Shown here: positions 1 to 8,700 of the stretch, piece after piece
Position numbering within the stretch: position 1 is the stretch's first letter
How the letters are laid out: each line of letters begins with the position of its first letter
From: Alphaproteobacteria bacterium
Lineage (GTDB): Bacteria; Pseudomonadota; Alphaproteobacteria; SP197
Assembly (NCBI GenBank): GCA_964291265.2
Contig: OZ219747.1
Coordinates: 3,296,001 to 3,360,000 of the forward strand
Direction: 5' to 3'
DNA length: 64,000 bases
Notes under the pieces: model-generated
Database searches by the model: none
What the model was told of the DNA's origin: nothing
What the model saw: only the letters and a program-made list of their open reading frames with translations
Program-made: the position numbers and the translations under genes

Positions 1-1985
1 ACCCGAGGGGCCTCCAGGTCCGCCGCTGCGATGGCCCAGGGCGCCCCGGTGCAGACCTGCCGTGCGGGCAGGATGCCCGTCCGGATCAGCCGGCGCACGA
101 CCGAGGGATCGACGCCGAGCTGCGCCGAGGCCTCGCTGAGGGACAGTTCGCCGCGCTCCTGGCGTTCGCCCTCACGGTATACCGGAATGCCGCGACGGGA
201 ACGGAAGACGCGCACCCGAACCCGGTTCCAGCCGTTGCCCTTGGTCGTCTTGCGGCCCATGAGGTTGAGAAGCCGGGCCATCTGCTCGTCGGGCAGCTGC
301 CGGGCCAGTCCGGCGACCAGGTCCTCGACCTCCTTGTCGGACGTATAGCGATGCTCGCCGGTACGGAAGCGCTTCACCTCGATCTCGGTATGGTCGCCGC
401 CGCGCCAGTGCAGAAGCAGGTGCACCGTGTCCTGTCGCATGCTGGCGGTGATATCCACCAGGGTCGCGCGCAGGATGTTCTTGCGCAGCTGCGGCGTTGC
501 GGCCTCATGGGACCATGCGCGCTCCAGGTCGGCCCCCAGAGCCAGAAAGGCGTCACGGTCTGCGCACCCCGCTTCTCGCGCCTCGCGGGTCGCCTCGAGC
601 GCCCGAAGCTGCTCTTCGCGCTCGCAGACCTCGGCCAGGCAGGCCTCCCACCGCGCCGCCAGGTTGTGGAGAATGTTGTGGTTGCCGGGATCAACCGCGT
701 CAAACTGTGCCTGCGCACGACCGGCCTTGTACCGGGCTTCCTCCAGCGCCGAGGCGGCGAGGCGGATCCGCGCCGACGTATCGTCGCCGCGCCGCTCGAA
801 CGCCTCCAGCGCGGCAGCCACGCCAAGGGGTTGCGCCGCAGCGAGAACGGCCGCGCTCACGGCCCCGTCGACCCGCACGCCGCCGAAGCCAATGCAGGTG
901 CTGCCCCCCGTGACGACGTCACCCGGACATTGGTAGCGGTGCGACGTGCCGTTGTCCGCAATCTGCATCCGCCGGCCGCAGCAGCCGCAGCGCACAAGGC
1001 CGGCCAGAAGCGCCTTGCCGGCCCGCGGCGCCCCCCGGTTCCCCACGGTGTTCGCCTCGATCACCCTCCGGTTCCTCTCGTACTCGTCCCAGCCGATGTA
1101 GCCCTCGTGGCGGTCGCGCAACAGAACCGACCATGCGGCCTCGGGCTTCATGATCCCTCGGCGTACCTTCCTGGTCCCGCCAGCGTCAACCGTCACCTCC
1201 TGGCGCCGGCGCCCGTACACATAGGCGCCGGCGTAGAGCGGGTTGCTGAGCATCAAGGCCAGCGTCGAGTTCTGCGGCACCCGCCACGCGATCCCGCCAC
1301 CCTTGGGGTCGCGAACCGGGATCCTGATGTCGCGCTTGCGGAACCAGAGATGGACCTGACGGATGCTGCGCAGTTCGCGGAACTTCCGGAACACCAGGTC
1401 GATCGCGTCGCGCTGGTGCTGGTCCGGCGTCTTCTCGATGCCGTGACGGTCGACCTTCTCGAAGCCGGCCGGCAGGTGCAGGAACAACTCCCCGCGCTCG
1501 GCCAGCGCCTGGCGGCTCTCCAGGGACCGCTGGCGGAACACCGCAAGCTCCATGTCCGCAAACTGGCCCTTGAGACCCAGAAAGGCCCGGTCGTCGACCA
1601 TCGCTGGATCGTGGATCCGCTCGCGGTCGCCGACCAGGCAGCCGACGACGGCGCAGATCTCCAGAAGCGCGTGCCAGTCCCGACCATTGCGCGCCAGACG
1701 CGAGGCCTCAAGGGCCAGGACAAGGCCGACCGTGCCGCTGCACACGGCCTGCAGAAGGCGCTCGAAGCCCGGACGCCTCACCCCGCCGCCCGAGACGCCA
1801 AGATCGTCGTCGATCACCTCGACCCTCGCAAAGCCCAGCCCCCGGGCATGGTCCTCGAGGGCGTACTGCAGCTTGCGCCGCTCGACGTGGTTGCGCACCT
1901 GCATCTCGCTCGACTGGCGGATGTACACGATCGCCGAGCGCGCCAGGTGGCCGGCGGTCAGCCGCGCGTCACGCATCACCGTCAT
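1..1985 (-). CDS. Large serine recombinase (resolvase + recombinase + Zn-ribbon + C-terminal HTH), runs off window start
   Basis: Manual translation from ATG 1985: MTVMRDARLTAGHLARSAIVYIRQSSEMQV...VIDDDLGVSG...RPGFERLL...LEASRLARNGRDW. Contains the YxRxS catalytic motif and SRLAR; later LLRCGRC Zn-ribbon. Missing from the ORF track because no stop lies in the window. Confidence 0.93.
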   Translation of the reverse strand, partial: MTVMRDARLTAGHLARSAIVYIRQSSEMQVRNHVERRKLQYALEDHARGLGFARVEVIDDDLGVSGGGVRRPGFERLLQAVCSGTVGLVLALEASRLARNGRDWHALLEICAVVGCLVGDRERIHDPAMVDDRAFLGLKGQFADMELAVFRQRSLESRQALAERGELFLHLPAGFEKVDRHGIEKTPDQHQRDAIDLVFRKFRELRSIRQVHLWFRKRDIRIPVRDPKGGGIAWRVPQNSTLALMLSNPLYAGAYVYGRRRQEVTVDAGGTRKVRRGIMKPEAAWSVLLRDRHEGYIGWDEYERNRRVIEANTVGNRGAPRAGKALLAGLVRCGCCGRRMQIADNGTSHRYQCPGDVVTGGSTCIGFGGVRVDGAVSAAVLAAAQPLGVAAALEAFERRGDDTSARIRLAASALEEARYKAGRAQAQFDAVDPGNHNILHNLAARWEACLAEVCEREEQLRALEATREAREAGCADRDAFLALGADLERAWSHEAATPQLRKNILRATLVDITASMRQDTVHLLLHWRGGDHTEIEVKRFRTGEHRYTSDKEVEDLVAGLARQLPDEQMARLLNLMGRKTTKGNGWNRVRVRVFRSRRGIPVYREGERQERGELSLSEASAQLGVDPSVVRRLIRTGILPARQVCTGAPWAIAAADLEAPR

Positions 1986-2142
1986 CGCCCGCCCCCTCCC
2001 GCAACGCCGCCATCACATGCTCGATCAGCGCCGCGACTGCCGGCTGCAGGGCCCGCCTCAGGTGCGGCCTGTGCCAGACCAATGGCGTCTTCTGGAACAG
2101 GTCCGTCCGGAACACCAGCGGTTCCGCGAGATTGTCCTTCAT
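1969..2142 (-). CDS. Small (57 aa) recombinase-associated hypothetical protein
   Basis: Strong RBS GAGGAGG before ATG 2142 (MKDNLAEPLV...). Stop overlaps the recombinase start. Confidence 0.55.
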   Translation of the reverse strand: MKDNLAEPLVFRTDLFQKTPLVWHRPHLRRALQPAVAALIEHVMAALREGAGDDGDA

Positions 2143-2398
2143 CGAGTTCCTCCTCTGTCTTCCGCAAGGAACCCAGGAAGGATGTCGCGAGATCATGCAG
2201 GTCCGCCAGCGCATCCAGGGACAGCCTCGGTGCCGCGCGAAGCTCGTAGCGCGCGGACTCCGGCAATATCATCCATTCCGCAAGCCGGTGCCGCTTACCT
2301 TGGGAATCAACGACTACGAGAACCGGACGACCGTGAAGCGACCGCCTCACCCGGCATGTCACGCGCTGCCCGGCCAGAGGATGAAAGCGGTAATGCAC
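1982..2398 (-). CDS. Y4bD/DUF5372-like accessory protein of serine-recombinase element
   Basis: VHYRFHPLAGQRV...LAEWM...PRLSLDALADL motif, which I recall as typical of ORFs upstream of Y4bA-like recombinases. Start uncertain (GTG). Confidence 0.6.
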   Translation of the reverse strand: MHYRFHPLAGQRVTCRVRRSLHGRPVLVVVDSQGKRHRLAEWMILPESARYELRAAPRLSLDALADLHDLATSFLGSLRKTEEELDEGQSRGTAGVPDGPVPEDAIGLAQAAPEAGPAAGSRGADRACDGGVAGGGGR

Positions 2399-2442
2399 CG
2401 TGATCTCCGCGCCAGGCGCAATGTGGGGATTCGCCGGGTAGC

Positions 2443-2730
2443 CAGCCCTGGATTTCTATCGCCAACCTTGGGTCCCACATCCTCGCCGTCATGCGACGCC
2501 GACTGTCCGATGACTGGACCAGACGCTACAACACCACACCGGTCCTCATCGAAACCTTCGTCCAGACACCGCGCTACACAGGCACCGTCTACAAGGCGTC
2601 AGGATGGATCCATGTCGGCACCACCAAAGGACGCGGACGCTACGATACGCACAAGAAATTCGACAAGCCCAAAAAGGACATCTGGCTGAGGCCTCTCCGC
2701 AAGGACTGGAAACGCATCCTCAACCGGTGA
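2443..2730 (+). pseudogene. 3' fragment of DUF4338 (DruA-like) domain gene, truncated by the recombinase element
   Basis: PWISIANLGSHIL...DDWTRRYNTTPVLIETFV...YTGTVYKASGWIHVGTTKGRGRYD...KDIWLRPL. Homology starts abruptly at ~2443. Confidence 0.82.
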
Positions 2731-2752
2731 ATATCACCAACAATCACCGCGC

Positions 2753-2766
2753 GACCGAACGCTTAC
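2753..2766 (-). mobile_element. IS66-type terminal inverted repeat (GTAAGCGTTCGGTC on minus strand)
   Basis: gaccgaacgcttac 22 bp after the DUF4338 stop. Same sequence as the outer end of the MITE at 27751 and one base different from that at 33400. Confidence 0.65.
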
Positions 2767-3301
2767 GCGGCGGACGCTTCAACGACATGCCAAGGCCAAC
2801 AGGCATGACGCCGCCCGCGCCCAGAACACACGCGACGAGACCCTTGTCCCGCCCGGCGGATGGACCGTCGCTCTTCACCCCCGCGCGATGCGCAGGGAAC
2901 GTTCCGCCGAACGACGCAACAGGGCAGCCGTGCCCGAATACTCCGAAAAGCGTGCCTGAACAGGCATGATGCACCAGCAGTGGTCACTGAAACCGGCACG
3001 TTGAGAACCCGGGTCGCCTCAAGCATGCTCGGCCCCTGCCACATCGGCACTCCAAGCCCGAAATGGTCCTGGGGTCCGGGCGCGTATGTTGAACCAGGCC
3101 TCCGGATGGGTTATGGGTTGGTCTGTCAGGTTCCAGGTTCGCTGGGGCTTGGCCTTGCGGGCGCGGTGGCGGTCCGGATTCGCGACGGGAGAAGGGTCAT
3201 GATGGGGGCATTGGGCGAAGTCCAGGTGCATGACTTGTCGCTGCTGACCGGGACGGGTGTGAGTGCGAGTGCTTCGCGTGCGCGAACTCACAGGCTTTGT
3301 A

Positions 3302-3316
3302 CCCCCCCCCCCCCCC
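3302..3316. repeat. C15 homopolymer
   Basis: Directly visible run of 15 C. Confidence 0.9.
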
Positions 3317-3339
3317 GGACGAGCCCGGGGACTGAGCCG

Positions 3340-3633
3340 GAGGGCGCCTTCGGGAAGACCGCCCGCCCCCTGATCGCGGCATTCGCCACCTTCGCCGAAT
3401 TCGGGAGCGGCCTGAAAAATCCGCACCCGCGGGGGCATGGCGCCGTCCGCGCGAAGGGGAAACTTCGCAGCAGGAAGCCGAAGCTCTCGGACCGGCAGGT
3501 CCGGCAACTGCGACGCCTGCACGACACTGACGACTGCAACGTGAACGGCCTCGGCGAGGTGTTTCCTGTCTCCCGGCCTGCCGTATGTCGTACTCTTCAG
3601 CGAGCAACTGTTCCTGCTCGACCGGACCTTTGA
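3340..3633 (+). pseudogene. Degraded resolvase/invertase C-terminal part
   Basis: FATFAEF...RAKGKLRSRKPKLSDRQ...EVFPVSRPAVCRTL, i.e. resolvase C-terminal arm + HTH. N-terminus missing. Confidence 0.7.
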
Positions 3634-3647
3634 ACGGAGAACCACAT

Positions 3648-4763
3648 ATGCTGCGCTTCTGGACGACCTTCCTCATGCTTCTCCTCGCTCCGCTCGCGTC
3701 GACCGGGGCCGAGGTGCTGAAGCCGAAATTCGGCGACATCGACGGCGTCTTCTACGCGGATGTCTCCGGGGACCGCGAAGCCTGTCGACAGACGGTCAAG
3801 AGGATGGTGGTGCACTGTCTCCAGAACACGACCTTCATCAGCAACACGCTGAACCGGGAGTACCCGGAGTGCCTGCCGATCTTCACGGAGCAGTCGCAAT
3901 GGTGCGCGGACCATTTTCGTAACCAGACGTTCAAATGCGATGGTTCCGGCGAGGTTCGCATCGACGGCTTCACCGACTTTGCCTGCACGGTGACGGTCGT
4001 GGAGGAGGGCGAGGAGCCGGAGGACACACCCGGCATTGCCCCGGCCGACCGCTGGATGCAGGCGCGGACCCGGACGAATGTGCGCAGCGGCCCCGGCACC
4101 GACCACGCCCGTGTCGGGCTGCTGGAGGTCGGCGAGCGGGTCCATGTCACGGGCGAGGCCGGCGAGTGGCTGCGCATCGAGGTTCCGGACGGCAGTATGG
4201 CCTTCGTTCACGGCTCGCTGTTGACGGAGATGGCACCCGAGGCGGCGGATCAGGCGGAGGTCAAGGCCACGCCGGAGAGTCGGGACGCGACCGCCGCCCT
4301 ATCGCCGAAATGCGTCGGGATGAGCGAGGGCGCCGAATGCTGGATTGAACTCGCCGACCGGCCCGGCTGTTTTGTTTTCAGTCTCTACTACTCTCCCCCC
4401 GAGACGGCGACCTGGTCCGGCGAATGCCAGGACGGCCTCGCCGTTGGGCAGGGAACCTTGGGGCGGGAGTGGGAGTCCGCCTCCAGATCCGTCCAGGCCA
4501 CGGGCACGTTGGTGCGGGGCAAGGAGCACGGACACTGGGTCTTGCGCTGGGCTGACGAAGGCTGGGCTGACGGAGACATCTGGGAAGGTCCTTTTGTGGA
4601 CGGCAAGCTGCACGGCCACTGGGTCTTGCGCTACGCTGACGGAGGCGGCCAGGAAGGCCCTTATGTGGACAGCAAGCGGCACGGCCACTGGATCATGCGC
4701 TACGCTGACGGGTCCTCTGAGGAATGGGAGTATCGCAACGGCGAGCTTCTTCCACGTAACTGA
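3648..4763 (+). CDS. Secreted protein: Cys-rich N-domain + bacterial SH3 + MORN-like repeats (paralog 1)
   Basis: RBS GGAGA at 3636; signal peptide MLRFWTTFLMLLLAPLASTGA; SH3b NVRSGPGT...GEWLRI...AFVHGSLL; repeats GKxHGHWVLRYADG..EGPYVD. Confidence 0.85.
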   Translation: MLRFWTTFLMLLLAPLASTGAEVLKPKFGDIDGVFYADVSGDREACRQTVKRMVVHCLQNTTFISNTLNREYPECLPIFTEQSQWCADHFRNQTFKCDGSGEVRIDGFTDFACTVTVVEEGEEPEDTPGIAPADRWMQARTRTNVRSGPGTDHARVGLLEVGERVHVTGEAGEWLRIEVPDGSMAFVHGSLLTEMAPEAADQAEVKATPESRDATAALSPKCVGMSEGAECWIELADRPGCFVFSLYYSPPETATWSGECQDGLAVGQGTLGREWESASRSVQATGTLVRGKEHGHWVLRWADEGWADGDIWEGPFVDGKLHGHWVLRYADGGGQEGPYVDSKRHGHWIMRYADGSSEEWEYRNGELLPRN

Positions 4764-4859
4764 TGATGCCCTTGATCAGGCAATTTGCTGTGAAACATTT
4801 CTGATCCCTCCGCCACCTTTTGTTGAACAGGGCGCGAGCGACCTGTCGGTCAGGTGCAT

Positions 4860-5775
4860 GCCTGACCGCCTGCATGCCTGGCTGTTGCGGGGGGTGCGCA
4901 GCAATGCGCATCCCTACCGCGACGTCTTCCGGCCACAAGTCGTTCGTTGTCCTGAACAACCGGCACGGTTCCTCGAAACGCCGGACGCTGGGTCCCGTGA
5001 CACGCATGTCTGTCGAGGAAGCGCGCTCCCGGTGTCTCGCCATCCAGTCCGGCGACATGGAACCGCTGGTGGACACTCCCCTGGTTCCCGTACCTCTCTT
5101 CGGCGACTTTGTTGCAGATGTCTGGCGGCCCGAGTGTTTCGACCGCTTCAAGCCGTCCGCCCCCGGTGGCCCATAAGGAGCCAACTCAAGACTCAACTTC
5201 TGCCAGCCTTCGGTGCCATGCCGCTTGATCGAATCACACGCAAGGAAGTGATGGCATGGTTCGACCACTACAGCAGGACGGCGCCAGGCGGCGCCAACCA
5301 TGCTCTCGATACGTTGGGCCAGATCCTCAATCATGCCAAGGTCCACGGCCATAGGTGGTCCGAAGTCGGCGCCGACACCCTCGATCTTGCCGACAGCAAG
5401 ACCGGACCACGGAAAGTCTACCTCAACAGCAAGGCCAGCCGGATCATCGCTCGTCAGCCCAGGAAAGGCAGCGATCATGTCTTCCCGTCACCCTGCGATC
5501 CGACCGTACCCACATCGAGCGTGCGGCAACTGTGGTACACCCTTCGCAAACGGGTCGGCATCGAGGATGTACGTCTGCATGACCTGCGACACAACTTCGC
5601 CAGTCAGGCTGTGCTGAACGGTGTGCCGCTTCCGACAGTGGCGAGACTCCTCGGTCATCGCCAGGTTTCGATGACCCTGCGCTATGCCCACGTTGCGGAC
5701 AGGGATGTCGAGACTGCGGCGGAACGGGTCGGGAATGCGATCACACAGATCATGACTTCAGGCGTTGCATCCTGA
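4860..5775 (+). pseudogene. Phage-type tyrosine integrase, frameshifted and internally deleted
   Basis: Arm-binding-like KSFVV...KRRTLG in one frame; DSKTG and HDLRHNFAS...LLGH...TLRYAH in another. The first catalytic Arg box is absent (HAKVHGH fused to RWSEV). Confidence 0.8.
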
Positions 5776-5924
5776 GAGCTCGCTCAGGGCCGGTCCAACC
5801 CGGTTTCGTTCGACCACGATGCGTGCTGGACACCGGTGCGCGATCCGGCCCTCGGGCAAGGCTGCCTCGAAGGTGACACACACCTCAGGTCGTCGTCGAG
5901 TCTGCCCGGCCCGGCGTTCTCCGC

Positions 5925-6455
5925 TCAACTTGGCAGTCTCACGGGAACGTTCTGGTCCGGCTTCACGCCGAGCGGCTGGAAAGCTCGTTTCTGGACCGGG
6001 GTCGGCGCGATTACGACGGACAGCAGGCTTTCGCCGTGGACCGGCAGGCGCGGCTGGTTCAGCGCCATGCCCGAGAGACCGTCAAGCAGGGTGCGGAAGC
6101 TGTGCACGGACAGCCCGTCGGGGGTGAGCCTGGTGTTGGCCCTGACCTTCGCACTCTTCGAGACCGTGGCCCACCTTTCCACCGACGAGTTCCACCGCGC
6201 CCGAGCACCTTCGCGGTCGTCGTCCTCGGACAGCATCGGCGCGAGGCGCTGAGCGCATGTGCCATTCACCATGCCGGGCCAGCATGCACAGGACCATGTG
6301 GGCACGGACGTGATCCGGCGAACAGACGTAGACCGGACGGATCCGGAGGTGGCTCCTGGCGTTCCGGAACGCGCGCTCCACGCCTGCGAGGCTCTTGGTG
6401 AACCTCCACCGCCTCATCGCGGCCGATCGTCTCCGGACCGAGACTGAGCAGGGAT
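5925..6455 (-). pseudogene. IS1634-family transposase C-terminal remnant
   Basis: KSLAGVERAFR...LRIRPVY...VRAHMVLCMLA...LAPML...DGLSVHSFRTLL...PTPVQKRAF, spread over frameshifts. Confidence 0.82.
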
Positions 6456-6538
6456 GCGCATTGTCTCGATGGCAGGTAAACTCTTCGTTCGGACATGGAG
6501 ACCGCCCACCGGGTGGGGCAGCCCAAGACAGGGGAGAT

Positions 6539-8197
6539 ATGAGAATGCGAGTGATGTTGATCGTCGGGGCGCTGACCTTCGCGACAGTGGCCGGGAGCAC
6601 GGCTGCGGAGGCAGACGAGGCGTGGATCGATAGCTTCGCGTTCGCCTGCACGACGCCGGAGGGCGAGACCCTGAAGCCGAAGTTTGGAGACATCGACGGG
6701 ATCTTCTACCCGGACCTCCCGGCGCAGCGGGAGCAGTGCCTGGAGACGATCCAGCGCAAGATCGTGCACTGTCGCGATAACGTGGACTTCGGATCCAACA
6801 CGAAGAACGAGACGTATGCGCCCTGCCTGCCGATCTTCGCCGAGCAGGCCGAGGCCTGCGTCGGGCACTTCACCTTCGAGCGGAGCAAGTGCGACGCCGG
6901 CGGGTACGGCACGGAGGCGGCGGGTCAGGCGGAAGACGAGGCGGCGCCGGAGGAGTCCCATTCGGTGGCGACGCTGGATGAGACGATGGAAGTGACGACA
7001 CGCGCCAACGTGCGTTCAGGTCCCGGTACCGGCTACGACGTGCTCGGCACGCTGGATGCGGGCGTCGGCGTACGGGTGACGGGCGTTGTCGAGGGCGGCA
7101 AGTGGATGCGCGTGGACCTGCGCGAGGACGGAGGGCCAGCCTTCATCCACACCTCGTTGCTGAAGGAGGTGGCGCCCGAGGCGGTGGATCAGGCGGAGGT
7201 CGTGGACACGCCGGAGAGTCAGGACGCGACCGCCGCCCTATCGCCAAAATGCACCGGGTCAGTACTCCCGGTCTACGGATGCTGGTTTGAATTCGACGAC
7301 CCGCCCGGCTGTTATGCCTTCACTCCCTATTATACTCCCGAGGAGACGGGGACCTGGTCCGGCGTATGCCAAGACGGCCTCGCCGTCGGGCAGGGAACTT
7401 GGGAGGAGACGACGGGTTACTATTCTAATGGCCAGGCTACGGGTACGCTGGTGCGGGGCAAGATGCACGGCCCCTGGGTTTGGCGCTCCGATTCAGTCGT
7501 TCAGGAAGGCCCTTATGTCGATGGCAAGATGCACGGCTGCTGGGTCATTCGCTGGCTTTATGGTGACAAATCCGTCGAGGAAGGTCCTTTTGTTGACGAC
7601 AAGAGGCACGGCCGCTGGGTCTTTCGCTTTCCTGATGGCTTCAATGGAATCTTCCGCGATGACAATGATGATGGCTACTTCGATGACCATGAAAGGTACT
7701 ACCGCAACGGTAAGGAGGTCGCGTGGAATGCGTTATCTTCGGATGGTGCCGGATGCGACGATGTTCGGATGGCGCCGCCAGATGCGACGATGGAGGAAAC
7801 GGCACCCGAGGCGTCGGACGCACCGCTCGAGCCCGTCGGGCCGAACTGGATTGTCGCGGAAAACCAGCCCTGCCAACTCCGGAATCCTTATCCCGTGCCT
7901 GACGAGACCGTGACATGGACGGGACCTTGCGTGGATGGCAAGGCTTCGGGTCAAGGGCGGTTTGTCTGGCGCCACAGCGACGGCGTGGACACGTACGAGG
8001 GCAGCATGCGCGACGGTGCGCCCCACGGCCACGGGACCTATACCCAAGGGTTCAACGGCTTCCGTTACGAGGGCGAATGGCGCGATTTCAAGAGGCACGG
8101 CCAAGTGATCCTTACCCTGCCCGACGGCGAAGCCCAGACCTGTGAATGGCGCGATGACGAGAGGGTCGACGGGACCTGCGAATGGCATAGCCGCTGA
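6539..8197 (+). CDS. Secreted protein: Cys-rich N-domain + SH3 + two MORN-like modules (paralog 2)
   Basis: RBS GGGGAG; signal peptide MRMRVMLIVGALTFATVAGSTAA; LKPKFGDIDG domain shared with paralog 1; SH3b NVRSGPGTGY; MORN YEGSMRDGAPHGHGTY / YEGEWRDFKRHGQ. Confidence 0.85.
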   Translation: MRMRVMLIVGALTFATVAGSTAAEADEAWIDSFAFACTTPEGETLKPKFGDIDGIFYPDLPAQREQCLETIQRKIVHCRDNVDFGSNTKNETYAPCLPIFAEQAEACVGHFTFERSKCDAGGYGTEAAGQAEDEAAPEESHSVATLDETMEVTTRANVRSGPGTGYDVLGTLDAGVGVRVTGVVEGGKWMRVDLREDGGPAFIHTSLLKEVAPEAVDQAEVVDTPESQDATAALSPKCTGSVLPVYGCWFEFDDPPGCYAFTPYYTPEETGTWSGVCQDGLAVGQGTWEETTGYYSNGQATGTLVRGKMHGPWVWRSDSVVQEGPYVDGKMHGCWVIRWLYGDKSVEEGPFVDDKRHGRWVFRFPDGFNGIFRDDNDDGYFDDHERYYRNGKEVAWNALSSDGAGCDDVRMAPPDATMEETAPEASDAPLEPVGPNWIVAENQPCQLRNPYPVPDETVTWTGPCVDGKASGQGRFVWRHSDGVDTYEGSMRDGAPHGHGTYTQGFNGFRYEGEWRDFKRHGQVILTLPDGEAQTCEWRDDERVDGTCEWHSR

Positions 8198-8259
8198 ATG
8201 GCCGGGCTGCAGCTTGCCGAGCGACACGCCGCGTTCCCGCTCGACCTGTGATTTCTGCT

Positions 8260-8700
8260 GCCGAGCGCTCAGGCGGAAGCTTGTTCCCGGATGGACGGTC
8301 CTGGTCCGGTTGAGTTCGTCGATCAGCGCCAGCAGTGCTCTTGTCGTTGCGTTGTTGGCCAGGCCCGAGGATGCCGACCCTGAGGATGCCCTTCCTGTGG
8401 TCCGGCTCGATGCCAGCATCGGTGGTCATCGGGCGGCGATGAGGGTGCGGACGGTGTCGGGTCGCGCCCTTCCCCGGATCACAGGGGTCATCATGCGGGT
8501 TTCGGCTTGTCGTTGTCGGCGAGCTCGCCGACACGGACATGGCTGGCCAGGGTCGAGCGGCGCTCCTCGAGTTCGGCGAGGGTCTCCTCGACGGTGACGG
8601 CGTCGAAGGCGAGGTACGTGAACTCATCGTCGGCGCAGTCGAGCCAGCGATCCTTGATCCGGGTCCCGATCTTCAACGTCAGCGCATACTCACCCAGTGG
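8260..8700 (-). pseudogene. Degraded putative transposase C-terminal remnant
   Basis: Fragments LEERRSTLASHVRVGEL...; IEPDHRKGILRV...LANNATTRALLALIDELNRTRTVHPGT.FRL resemble the C-terminus of a putative transposase family. Multiple frameshifts. Confidence 0.5.

Noticed and set aside
351-2249. 632-aa + strand ORF
   Set aside because: Antisense shadow of the serine recombinase; no motifs. Long shadow ORFs are expected at this GC content.
2443-2730. Druantia anti-phage system
   Set aside because: Only a DUF4338 fragment in IS context; no DruE helicase or other dru genes.
4764-6538. Shufflon/invertase system driven by the integrase between the SH3-MORN paralogs
   Set aside because: The integrase is deleted and frameshifted, both genes have their own starts in the same orientation, and no inverted crossover repeats were seen.
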